Assembly: GCA_026419015.1 (NCBI GenBank)
Contig: JAOAAF010000003.1
Span: 1-60,043 of the forward strand
From: Spirochaetota bacterium
Lineage (GTDB): Bacteria; Spirochaetota; UBA4802; JAGODF01
Reading direction: 5' to 3'
Length of the DNA: 60,043 bases
The position numbers and the translations under genes were made by a program. A model generated the notes under the pieces. It worked only from the letters and a program-made list of their open reading frames with translations. It made no database searches and had not been told where the DNA came from. This document shows, piece by piece, positions 50,342-60,043 of the stretch (within the stretch, counting starts at the first letter, position 1; each line of letters starts with the position of its first letter).

Positions 50342-52429
50342 TTAAAAAATTCTACCCGTCATTCGCGCAACGAGATTTTCCATTACCGCTGGCGGTACTA
50401 AGTCGTAATGGCTAAATTGCAAAGTCTGCGAGGCACGCCCTTGGCTAAGCGAGCGCAGTGCAGTCGCATAACCAAAAAGTTCTGAAAGGGGTGCAAGAGC
50501 ATGTATTTTACGCAAATGCCCTTCCATTTCTATCCCCTCAATCTTTCCTCTTCTTGCATTAATATCGTTTATTATATCCCCCATATATTCTTCAGGGGTA
50601 ACTACCTCAATTTTCATAATTGGTTCCATAAGCGTTGGGTGAGCGTTTTGCGCTGCTATCTTAAACGCATAATTTGCTGCAATTCGATACGCAATTTCTA
50701 TAGATTGCCCGTCAACAAACCGCGCATCGACCACCTTGGCTTTGATATCTACCATTTTATATCCTGCGATCACCCCACTTTCCATTGAATCTTTCACTCC
50801 ATCTTCTATTGCCGCAATACAACTTTTGGGAAACATATCATCGAGAAGTGCGCTTTCAAATACAAATCCACTTCCTGGCTTTAATGGTTCAAGTTCCAAT
50901 ACCACATGTCCATATTGGTCCTTGCCTGCAATTTGTTTTGAATATTCATATTCAGCGGTTGCCGTCTGCGTAATTGTTTCTTTGTAGGCAACTTGCGGTT
51001 TTCCTACGTTAACTTTTACGTTAAATTCTCGTACCAATCGATCCACAATGATTTCAAGATGAAGCTCACCCATCCCAGAAATAATGCTTTGCCCGGTGTC
51101 GGGATCTTGTTTTAAACGAAATGTCGGATCTTCTTCTTCAAGGCGCACTAATGCTGTTACAAGCTTTTCTTGATCTGCCTTAGTTTTCGGTTCAATGGCA
51201 ACTGAAATCACTGGTTCTGGGAATTCCATTTTTTCAAGAAGCAATGGGGCGCTTTCATCTGTTAACGTATCTCCCGTCCGTGCCGTTTTTAAACCGACCA
51301 ACGCAACAATATCGCCTGTATAGACCTCATCAACGTCTTCACGATCATTTGCATGCATTTGTAAAATTCTCCCAACGCGTTCCCTTTTATTCTTCGATAC
51401 ATTGAGCACGGTATCGCCGGTTTTGATATGTCCGCTGTACACGCGAATGTAAGATAATTTCCCGACATACGGATCAGCGCGAAGCTTAAACACCAATGCA
51501 CAAAACGGTTCTTTATCGCTTGCCTCTCTCGCGATTAATTTCTCATAATCTTTCGGATCATGTCCAATTATGGTTGGCATATCTTTCGGAGATGGCAAAT
51601 ACTCCACGATCGCATCGAGCAATGGCTGAACGCCTTTGTTTTTAAGCGCACTTCCACACAATACTGGAAAAAGCGTTAAGGCAATTGTCAATTTTCGGAT
51701 ACTTCTGCGCAATTCTTCTTCTGTTATCTCGATTCCCTCAAGATACTTTTCGGTAAGAGCATCATCGTGCTCAGCCAACAATGCGATCATGTTTTCCCGG
51801 GCACTTTTACTGAGATCGACCATTTCGTGTGGGATTTCAACTTCATCAAAGATTTCACCCGTTCCTTCATGCCATCGATATCCCTTCATTCGTATCAAAT
51901 CGATTACCCCAACAAAACTATCTTCCTTTCCCCACGGGAGTTGGATCACAAGCGGCATAGCTTGCAGTTTTTTTCGAATTGTCTCAACCGCATATTCAAA
52001 ATCTGCCCCAATTCTATCCATCTTGTTAATAAAACATATCCGCGGGACCCCATATCGATTTGCCTGACGCCATACAGTCTCCGATTGCGGCTCAACGCCA
52101 TGCACGCCATCAAACACAGCAATTGCAGAATCGAGAACTCGTAAACTGCGCTCAACTTCCACAGTAAAATCAACGTGCCCTGGGGTATCGATGATATTTA
52201 TCCGAGTGTGTTTCCAATAACAGGTGGTTGCCGCAGCAGTAATGGTGATGCCTCGCTCTTTTTCTTGTTCCATCCAATCCATTTCTGTATTGCCTTCATG
52301 GACCTCTCCGATTTTATGCGTTTTCCCAGTATAATACAATATCCGCTCTGTCAGCGTAGTTTTCCCCGCATCGATATGCGCCATGATGCCAATATTGCGC
52401 GTTCTCTGTAACGGTAACTCCCTTCCCAT
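50342..52429 (-). CDS. fusA: Elongation factor G, divergent domain IV (EF-G2-like)
   Basis: [31 protein letters not shown]; the domain IV tip motifs are altered. Confidence 0.95.
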   Translation of the reverse strand: MGRELPLQRTRNIGIMAHIDAGKTTLTERILYYTGKTHKIGEVHEGNTEMDWMEQEKERGITITAAATTCYWKHTRINIIDTPGHVDFTVEVERSLRVLDSAIAVFDGVHGVEPQSETVWRQANRYGVPRICFINKMDRIGADFEYAVETIRKKLQAMPLVIQLPWGKEDSFVGVIDLIRMKGYRWHEGTGEIFDEVEIPHEMVDLSKSARENMIALLAEHDDALTEKYLEGIEITEEELRRSIRKLTIALTLFPVLCGSALKNKGVQPLLDAIVEYLPSPKDMPTIIGHDPKDYEKLIAREASDKEPFCALVFKLRADPYVGKLSYIRVYSGHIKTGDTVLNVSKNKRERVGRILQMHANDREDVDEVYTGDIVALVGLKTARTGDTLTDESAPLLLEKMEFPEPVISVAIEPKTKADQEKLVTALVRLEEEDPTFRLKQDPDTGQSIISGMGELHLEIIVDRLVREFNVKVNVGKPQVAYKETITQTATAEYEYSKQIAGKDQYGHVVLELEPLKPGSGFVFESALLDDMFPKSCIAAIEDGVKDSMESGVIAGYKMVDIKAKVVDARFVDGQSIEIAYRIAANYAFKIAAQNAHPTLMEPIMKIEVVTPEEYMGDIINDINARRGKIEGIEMEGHLRKIHALAPLSELFGYATALRSLSQGRASQTLQFSHYDLVPPAVMENLVARMTGRIF

Positions 52430-52463
52430 TATGGATACCACCTTTTACACACCATAAATAACA

Positions 52464-52491
52464 GAATACCAGGGCATACACCCTGGTATTC
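52464..52491 (-). terminator. Hairpin (terminator or attenuator) between rpsG and fusA
   Basis: Perfect 11-bp stem gaataccaggg/ccctggtattc followed by TGTTATTT on the minus strand. Confidence 0.62.
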
Positions 52492-52512
52492 ATAACCGAA
52501 CTCTCAAGTTCA

Positions 52513-52995
<483 letters not shown>

Positions 52996-53009
52996 TTATT
53001 TGTTAAAAT

Positions 53010-53384
53010 TTACGCTTTCGGTTTCTTTGAACCATATTTTGATCTTCCTTTCCTTCTCCCTTCAACACCCATTGCATCCAGCGCACCTCTCACAATATGA
53101 TACCGAACCCCAGGAAGATCCTTCACTCTTCCTCCTCGCACAAGGACAGCTGAGTGCTCCTGAAGGTTATGACCCACACCTGGAATATACGCGGTAACTT
53201 CTATGCCATTTGTAAGGCGCACCCGCGCAACTTTTCGAAGCGCTGAATTTGGTTTCTTCGGCGTTACAGTCGATACCCTCGTGCATACCCCCCGCCGTTG
53301 TGGACAACGCGTAAGTGCGGGAGATTTGGTCTTCACTTTTTTCCGCTGCCGACCTTTTCGAATTAACTGACTGATTGTTGGCAT
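53010..53384 (-). CDS. rpsL: 30S ribosomal protein S12
   Basis: [21 protein letters not shown]. Confidence 0.99.
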   Translation of the reverse strand: MPTISQLIRKGRQRKKVKTKSPALTRCPQRRGVCTRVSTVTPKKPNSALRKVARVRLTNGIEVTAYIPGVGHNLQEHSAVLVRGGRVKDLPGVRYHIVRGALDAMGVEGRRKGRSKYGSKKPKA

Positions 53385-53664
53385 TTGAACACCTTTCGCC
53401 TTATAATATTTTGAGCATCATGCCCATAAATTAACGTTGCTCTTCGTAGAGAAAAAAAACTTGCTTTTCGTCTTCACACATCGCAATGCAGTTTGCTCGT
53501 GCGATAATCGCTTCTTTTTTATGATTTTTTGCTGATGAGCGTAATTGTTTTCATCAGCATTGAAACTCATCGAGCTCCATTCTGCAAGTAGAAAAAACCA
53601 GTTCCCTCACCACTGCTATTTTGTCAAGGATTTTCCCTCCCGCGAAACGCATTCATAAACACAG

Positions 53665-56600
53665 TTAATCGCTTTTTGCGCTCTCTCCTTCTTTATGGTC
53701 CGAAGCATCACCGCTCACAGGAATTGGGCTTATTGGTTCGAGATCTCCTGAAACTTCTTTAAATACATTAATTTTTCTGTAGTTTCTCACTCCTGTGCCA
53801 GCTGGGATAAGATGCCCAATGATTACATTTTCTTTCAACCCTTTGAGATAATCAATTTTCCCGCGGATTGCCGCATCGGTAAGAACTCTCGTAGTTTCTT
53901 GGAACGATGCCGCAGAGATAAACGACTCAGTATTCAATGCAGCTTTTGTAATTCCCATAAGCACAGTTTGCGCTGTGGCAGGTTTTCCACCTTCTTTCAT
54001 AACTCTCTCATTTTCATCGACAAATGCAAATCGATCAACAATTTGCTCGACAACAAAATTCGTATCGCCGGGATCAGTAATCTTAACCTTCCGAAGCATT
54101 TGGCGCACAATAATCTCAATGTGTTTGTCGTTGATATTTACTCCCTGCAAGCGATACACTTCCTGAATCTCATCCACTAAAAACTTTTGGAGCTCTCGTG
54201 GCCCTTTAATTCGCAAAATATCGTGGGGATCTTCTGGGCCATCATCAATTTTTTCGCCCTTATTTATCCAATCGCGATCTTGCACGCGGAGAAATTTCGA
54301 TGCCGGAATCGCGTATTCTTTCTCTTCACCATTTTCCCCTTGGATTATTATTTTCCGCTTATTTTTAATCGTCTCACCAATTCTCACCCACCCATCAATT
54401 TCAGCAAGAGTTGCAGCATCTTTCGGGGAGCGCGCTTCAAACAGTTCAGCCACTCTTGGAAGACCGCCCGTAATATCTTTTACTTTCTCAATCTGGCGCG
54501 GAATCTTTGCAAGAATAGTCCCTGCTTCGACCTTTTCGCCATCTTCTACCATGAGATGAGCTCCCTTCGGAAGGAGATATATTGTTGGTTCGCTTGAATT
54601 ATTCGAATAAATCTCAATATGCGGTTGCAATCGCTCAATTTTATATTCTACAATTACTCGCTTTGGGACATTCGATTGCGGATCGATTTCTTCTCGCAGG
54701 CTTTTGTTGAGCTCTATATCGACAAATTTCACTTCTCCCGAAACTTCAGTAATTATTGGTTCGAGCCACGGGTCGAATGTTGCAAGCACTTCATTTCTTT
54801 CGTAAAATCTTCCCTCTTTACAGAGCACTTCAGTCCCAACGTTAATTGGATGCGAATGCTCATCGCCTAAAATGTAAATTTTTTTCTTTTCGAACTTTAC
54901 TATCCCCGCCTTTTTCGTGACGTACTCTTCACCATTCTCACCTCTTGCAACCACGGCCCCTTCAAAAACCTTGCTTCCCTCTCCAACCACAAGCTTCGTT
55001 TCGCCTTTGTAAGGAATTTCACTAATCACCCGTTGAACTTTCAAATATCCCCTTCTTACTGCAATCGCATGCTTTTCACCAGTTTCGCTGTCTATTTTAA
55101 TCGTTTTTGCAGTTATCTCTTTCACATAGACGGGATAGTTGAAAGAAATTTCACTTTGCTCAACAGTGCGTGCTGCGACCCCTCCAATGTGGAATGTGCG
55201 CATTGTCAGCTGCGTGCCAGGTTGACCAATTGACTGAGCAGCAATTATTCCGACTGCTTCGCCAATTTCAACTGGCCTTCCCGTTGCAAGGTTACGTCCA
55301 TAGCATTTTGCACACACGCCATGCCGCGCATCGCACGTGAGTACGGATCGAATTTCTATTGAGTCGAGATTTATCTGATTAATTTTTTCTGCAATATCTT
55401 CAGTGATGATTTCATCAGCAGCACAAATGAGCTCACCTGTTACAGGATGCATGAGATCATACAAAAGGGTTCTGCCAAGCACTCTGTTGCCAAGCGGTTC
55501 TATTATTTCATCTCCTTCTTTAATGGGATGAATATCAATTCCCATCGTGGTACCGCAGTCTTCCATCGTAATCACCACATCCTGCGCAATATCAACGAGA
55601 CGGCGAGTGAGATACCCCGCATCGGCTGTTTTCAATGCAGTATCGGCTAATCCCTTCCGCGCTCCATTTGTCGAGATAAAATATTCCTGAACGGTAAGCC
55701 CTTCGCGGAAATTCGTTTTTATTGGGACATCGATGATTTCCCCGCTTGGTTTTGCCATTAACCCTCTCATACCCGCAAGCTGTCGAATTTGCTGCTTGCT
55801 TCCGCGCGCACCCGATTGTGCCATTACATAAATAGGATTAAATCCACCTTGATCTTTCGCAAGCTCATCCATCATCATCTCCGCGATCACCTCATTTGCG
55901 CTCGTCCAAATATCGATTATTTTATTGTACCGCTCTTCGTTTGTGATATATCCGCTCTTATAATCTTCCTCAATCTTCTTTACTTTCGCATCGCACTCTT
56001 CAACTACCTTCTGTTTGCCTTCTGGCACGATGATGTCTGCAAAAGAAATTGTCGGCGCAAAATAGGTCGCATATTTGAAACCTGCTTCTTTAATATCATC
56101 GAGAATACGGACCGTAACGTAAGAACCAAATCCCTTGTAAATATCCGCAATAATCTTTGATAGCTTTTTGTCACTCACCGTATGATTGATGAATTGATAT
56201 CCTTCTGGGAAGATGTTATTAAAAATTAATCTGCCAGGAGTTGTCTCAATAAACTCACCAACTTTGAGTTCACGGATTTCCACATCACCATTGGATTTTT
56301 CGCATACCATTTTTCCATTATATTTCAATGCCATCTTCTCATCCACCAAAAATCGTATCTTACTTCGCATTTTTATTCTCTTATAATCCAAATCGCGTTC
56401 CACATCGAAATCTCGATCGTAATATTTAATTTGTTTTTCGTCGGTACTCTCATCGAACATCGATGTTAAATAATAAATTCCCAACACGATATCCTGTGTA
56501 GGAGTTACAATCGGTTCCCCATTTGCGGGAGAGAGAAGATTATTTGCAGAAAGCATAAGCGTCCAGCATTCCAATTGCGCTTTTGGCGAAAGGGGAACAT

Positions 56601-58002
56601 GCACCGCCATTTGATCTCCATCGAAATCTGCATTATATGCATGGCACACAAGCGGATGCAATTTTATTGCTTTTCCTTCCACAAGCACAGGCTCAAATGC
56701 CTGTATTCCAAGCCGATGGAGCGTAGGAGCTCGATTGAGCAACACGGGATGTTCGGCAATTACTTCTTCCAATACTTCCCACACTTCAGGCCGTTCATTT
56801 TCCACCATCTTTTTTGCCGACTTAATATTTTGTACATAATCCTTATCAACAAGGCGTTTCTGGATAAACGGTTTAAAAAGCTCAATTGCCATTTTTTTCG
56901 GCAATCCGCATTGGTACAGCTTCAATTCAGGGCCAATGACGATCACCGAACGACCCGAATAATCAACGCGTTTCCCTAATAGATTTTGGCGAAAACGCCC
57001 TTGCTTCCCCTTTAACATATCCGAAAGCGATTTAAGCGGTCGATTCCCTTTCCCTTTCACCGCACGTTTTCGCCTGCTATTGTCGAACAACGCATCAACC
57101 GCTTCCTGCAACATGCGCTTTTCGTTGCGAACGATGATTTCAGGTGCACGGAGTCCTAAAAGGCGTTTCAATCGATTATTTCTATTTATTACCCTTCTGT
57201 ACAAATCATTAAGATCTGATGTTGCAAATCTTCCGCCATCGAGTTGTACCATAGGCCTAAGATCGGGCGGGATGACTGGGATAACATCGAGTATCATCCA
57301 TTCAGGGCGATTTCCTGAATCCCGAAATGCCTCAATTGTTTCCAACCGTTTAATGAGCTTGCGATCAACTGTCTTTTTGTTTTCCTTCGCCATCTGCTGG
57401 TGGATTTTTTCCCGTAAGGCTCTTGCTTCTTCATCCAAATCAATTTTCGATAACAGCTCTTTAATTGCCGCAGCACCCATTTCAGCACGAAATGTATCGC
57501 CGTATTTTTCGTAATAGTAGTTATATTTCTCTTCATCGATGATGTCGCCGCGTTCAAGGTTCTCATCCTCGGCAACAGCTTCGCCTGGATCGATGACCAC
57601 GTATTTCTCATAATACAAAATCTGCTTAATCTCGTTTACAGTCATATCCAACAAAAGACCAATCCTCGAAGGCACAGAACGATAATACCAAATATGCGCT
57701 ACCGGTGCGGCAAGTTCAATATGACCCCCGCGCTCTCGTCGAACTTTATAGTGAGTTACTTCAACTCCGCAGCGATCGCATACAACACCTTTATAACGAA
57801 CTGACTTAAATTTCCCACAATAACATTCCCATTCTTTTGTGGTTCCAAAAATCTTTTCACAGAAAAGGCCATCCCTTTCCGGTTTTAGCGTACGGTAGTT
57901 TATCGTTTCGGGTTTTTTCACTTCTCCATATGACCATGCGCGGATCATTTCGGGAGAAGCTAATCTAATTTGAATTGAACTGAAATCGTTAAAATCTCTC
58001 AT
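53665..58002 (-). CDS. rpoC: RNA polymerase beta' subunit
   Basis: [28 protein letters not shown]. Confidence 0.99.
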   Translation of the reverse strand: MRDFNDFSSIQIRLASPEMIRAWSYGEVKKPETINYRTLKPERDGLFCEKIFGTTKEWECYCGKFKSVRYKGVVCDRCGVEVTHYKVRRERGGHIELAAPVAHIWYYRSVPSRIGLLLDMTVNEIKQILYYEKYVVIDPGEAVAEDENLERGDIIDEEKYNYYYEKYGDTFRAEMGAAAIKELLSKIDLDEEARALREKIHQQMAKENKKTVDRKLIKRLETIEAFRDSGNRPEWMILDVIPVIPPDLRPMVQLDGGRFATSDLNDLYRRVINRNNRLKRLLGLRAPEIIVRNEKRMLQEAVDALFDNSRRKRAVKGKGNRPLKSLSDMLKGKQGRFRQNLLGKRVDYSGRSVIVIGPELKLYQCGLPKKMAIELFKPFIQKRLVDKDYVQNIKSAKKMVENERPEVWEVLEEVIAEHPVLLNRAPTLHRLGIQAFEPVLVEGKAIKLHPLVCHAYNADFDGDQMAVHVPLSPKAQLECWTLMLSANNLLSPANGEPIVTPTQDIVLGIYYLTSMFDESTDEKQIKYYDRDFDVERDLDYKRIKMRSKIRFLVDEKMALKYNGKMVCEKSNGDVEIRELKVGEFIETTPGRLIFNNIFPEGYQFINHTVSDKKLSKIIADIYKGFGSYVTVRILDDIKEAGFKYATYFAPTISFADIIVPEGKQKVVEECDAKVKKIEEDYKSGYITNEERYNKIIDIWTSANEVIAEMMMDELAKDQGGFNPIYVMAQSGARGSKQQIRQLAGMRGLMAKPSGEIIDVPIKTNFREGLTVQEYFISTNGARKGLADTALKTADAGYLTRRLVDIAQDVVITMEDCGTTMGIDIHPIKEGDEIIEPLGNRVLGRTLLYDLMHPVTGELICAADEIITEDIAEKINQINLDSIEIRSVLTCDARHGVCAKCYGRNLATGRPVEIGEAVGIIAAQSIGQPGTQLTMRTFHIGGVAARTVEQSEISFNYPVYVKEITAKTIKIDSETGEKHAIAVRRGYLKVQRVISEIPYKGETKLVVGEGSKVFEGAVVARGENGEEYVTKKAGIVKFEKKKIYILGDEHSHPINVGTEVLCKEGRFYERNEVLATFDPWLEPIITEVSGEVKFVDIELNKSLREEIDPQSNVPKRVIVEYKIERLQPHIEIYSNNSSEPTIYLLPKGAHLMVEDGEKVEAGTILAKIPRQIEKVKDITGGLPRVAELFEARSPKDAATLAEIDGWVRIGETIKNKRKIIIQGENGEEKEYAIPASKFLRVQDRDWINKGEKIDDGPEDPHDILRIKGPRELQKFLVDEIQEVYRLQGVNINDKHIEIIVRQMLRKVKITDPGDTNFVVEQIVDRFAFVDENERVMKEGGKPATAQTVLMGITKAALNTESFISAASFQETTRVLTDAAIRGKIDYLKGLKENVIIGHLIPAGTGVRNYRKINVFKEVSGDLEPISPIPVSGDASDHKEGESAKSD

Positions 58003-58088
58003 TACCCTCAACCTTCTCAATTAGAATTTGGTATTTAATTACCTAAAAATTTAATCTTAATGTTAAAAAATAGTTTACACATTTCTAT

Positions 58089-60043
58089 TTACACATTCTG
58101 AAGTTTATCGAGCATAATGCGCTTCTTTGGCTTGCTATAACCTTCGCTCCATTCTGAGATATTTATCTCATTGCCTTGCTCATCGTAAATTCGCACATCG
58201 AGCGCAAGACCGCGAAGCTCTTGTACAAGAACATTGAAAGATTCTGGAATTCCAGGTGCAGTCGAGGTGTGTCCTTTGACAATCGCTTCGTATATTCGTG
58301 CCCGTCCAAGCATGTCATCGGATTTCACCGTGAGGAGTTCTTGCAATGTATAGGCAGCGCCATATGCCTCAAGTGCCCACACTTCCATCTCGCCCAATCG
58401 CTGACCACCAAATTGGGCCTTTCCTCCCAATGGTTGCTGAGTGACCAATGAATATGGACCAGTTGAACGCGCATGAATTTTATCATCAACCATGTGAGCG
58501 AGTTTTAGCATATATGCTTTCCCGCACATTACCTTGTTTTCAAACTTTTCTCCTGTCCTCCCATCATACAAATCGATTTTAGAATCTTCTGGCAAACCCG
58601 CTTTTTTCAAAAGTTCAATCACATCTTTTTCAGTTGCACCATCAAAAATTGGCGTTTCCGCAATGATCTGTAACTTATCCGCTGCCCAGCCGAGTTCAGC
58701 CTCTAACAGTTGTCCCAAGTTCATGCGCGATGGCACCGACAGTGGATTAAACACAATATCCACCGGCGTACCATCAGGTAAAAACGGCATATCGTATTCG
58801 GGCAACACGCGAGAAATAACACCTTTGTTTCCATGGCGCCCAGCCATCTTATCGCCAACAGATATTTTGCGTTTGGTGGCGATGTAGACCTTCACAAGCT
58901 CTTCAACGCCTGGCGCCAATTCATCTCCCTTTTCCCGCGAAAATCTGCGAACATCAATAACAATCCCTTCAACGCCGTTTGGTACGCGCAAAGAAGTATC
59001 ACGAACTTCATGCGCTTTTTCTCCAAATATCGAATGCAATAGTTTATATTCTGGAGTTAAATCCTGTTCACCTTTTGGAGTGACTTTGCCAACAAGGATG
59101 TCGTCAGGTTTCACAAAAGCACCTATTCGCACAATCCCTTCAGCATCGAGATCGCGAAAAGCTTTTTCGCTCAAGTTTGGAATATCGCGGGTAATTGTCT
59201 CCCTCCCAAGCTTCGTTTCGCGCGCTTCAACTTCAAACTGTTCGATGTGTATTGAAGTAAACACATCCTCTTTTACCAGTCGTTCAGAAATCAGAATAGC
59301 ATCTTCGAAATTGTATCCCATCCACGGCATTAAGGCAACCAATACATTCCTACCGAGCGCAAGCCTCCCCATACTCGTTGCAGGCCCATCCGCAAGGATA
59401 TCCCCAATTTTTACTTTATCCCCTTCTTTCACCACGGGCCTTTGGTTAAAACATGTCCCCTGGTTCGTGCGCTTGAATTTCAAAAGTTCATACTCATCAA
59501 TTTCTCCACTTGCGGTTTTTACTTTAATTCTTTTCGCATCGGCATAGATTACTTCACCGGCTCTCTTCGCAACCACCAAGACACCCGAATCGTAGGCAGC
59601 AAATTTTTCAATCCCAGTTCCCACAAGCGGTATTTCTTCTTCGATAAGGGGCACAGCCTGCCGCTGCATGTTTGAGCCCATTAAAGCACGGTTAGCATCA
59701 TCGTGTTCCAAGAATGGGATTAAACTTGTCGACACAGAAAAGATCTGCGATGGGGATACGTCCATGTATCGCACTTCCGTCGGACGCACAGAAGAGTAAT
59801 TCCCCTTATGGCGACAAATGATACGCTCTTTTTCAACAAAATAGCCGTTTTCATCCAGCGGCTCATTTGCCTGTGCAATATATTCGTTTTCTTCTTCATC
59901 GGCTGTAAGATATTCAATGGTTTCGGTAACGATGCCCTTCGCTTTGTCTACGCGCCGGTACGGAGCTTCGATGAAGCCGTACTCGTTTATTTTTCCGTAT
60001 GTTGTCAGTGAGCCGATCAGTCCGATGTTCGGACCTTCAGGAG
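58089..60043 (-). CDS. rpoB: RNA polymerase beta subunit (5' part lies beyond the window)
   Basis: Frame open to the window end ([12 protein letters not shown]); [38 protein letters not shown]. Confidence 0.99.
   Translation of the reverse strand, partial: PEGPNIGLIGSLTTYGKINEYGFIEAPYRRVDKAKGIVTETIEYLTADEEENEYIAQANEPLDENGYFVEKERIICRHKGNYSSVRPTEVRYMDVSPSQIFSVSTSLIPFLEHDDANRALMGSNMQRQAVPLIEEEIPLVGTGIEKFAAYDSGVLVVAKRAGEVIYADAKRIKVKTASGEIDEYELLKFKRTNQGTCFNQRPVVKEGDKVKIGDILADGPATSMGRLALGRNVLVALMPWMGYNFEDAILISERLVKEDVFTSIHIEQFEVEARETKLGRETITRDIPNLSEKAFRDLDAEGIVRIGAFVKPDDILVGKVTPKGEQDLTPEYKLLHSIFGEKAHEVRDTSLRVPNGVEGIVIDVRRFSREKGDELAPGVEELVKVYIATKRKISVGDKMAGRHGNKGVISRVLPEYDMPFLPDGTPVDIVFNPLSVPSRMNLGQLLEAELGWAADKLQIIAETPIFDGATEKDVIELLKKAGLPEDSKIDLYDGRTGEKFENKVMCGKAYMLKLAHMVDDKIHARSTGPYSLVTQQPLGGKAQFGGQRLGEMEVWALEAYGAAYTLQELLTVKSDDMLGRARIYEAIVKGHTSTAPGIPESFNVLVQELRGLALDVRIYDEQGNEINISEWSEGYSKPKKRIMLDKLQNV

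Noticed and set aside
53418-53570. 50-aa ORF and TGCTGATGA/TCATCAGCA hairpin between rpoC and rpsL
   Set aside because: The ORF has no recognisable motif and a weak RBS; the hairpin lacks a U-tract in the sense direction.
58089-59789. Short 566-aa RpoB suggesting a split gene
   Set aside because: The frame is open to the window edge; this is a truncation artefact.

Overview
Chromosomal window (about 40% GC by eye) from a spirochaete, probably an uncultured Leptospira-related lineage. That assignment rests on a Leptospira-type insertion in L14, a divergent str-operon EF-G, spirochaete-style lipoproteins and a DUF1564-like gene. The right half (33.8-60 kb, minus strand) is the core rpoB(partial)-rpoC-str-S10-spc-alpha supercluster, with adk absent. 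The left half mixes housekeeping genes (groES/EL with a CIRCE element, lysC, ddl, pssA, moaC, truA, an NSS transporter, an AI-2E transporter) with many c-di-GMP-family and envelope genes. The best candidate for an undescribed system is a tightly packed six-gene operon at 7728-14433. It encodes an outer-membrane beta-barrel, an FN3/Kelch lipoprotein, a TPR-TM-degenerate HD-GYP protein, an orphan FlhG/MinD ATPase, a remodelled HD-GYP protein and a pseudo-receiver. Other notable observations: an unlisted 54-aa FlgM-like ORF, a 45-aa Cys-rich ORF, a shared sigma-28-like promoter motif, two paralogous barrel+lipoprotein pairs, an internal aspartokinase beta-subunit start, and an N8-spaced CIRCE. 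No CRISPR array, tRNA/rRNA gene or mobile element was recognised. All family calls are by eye and from memory; no database was searched.
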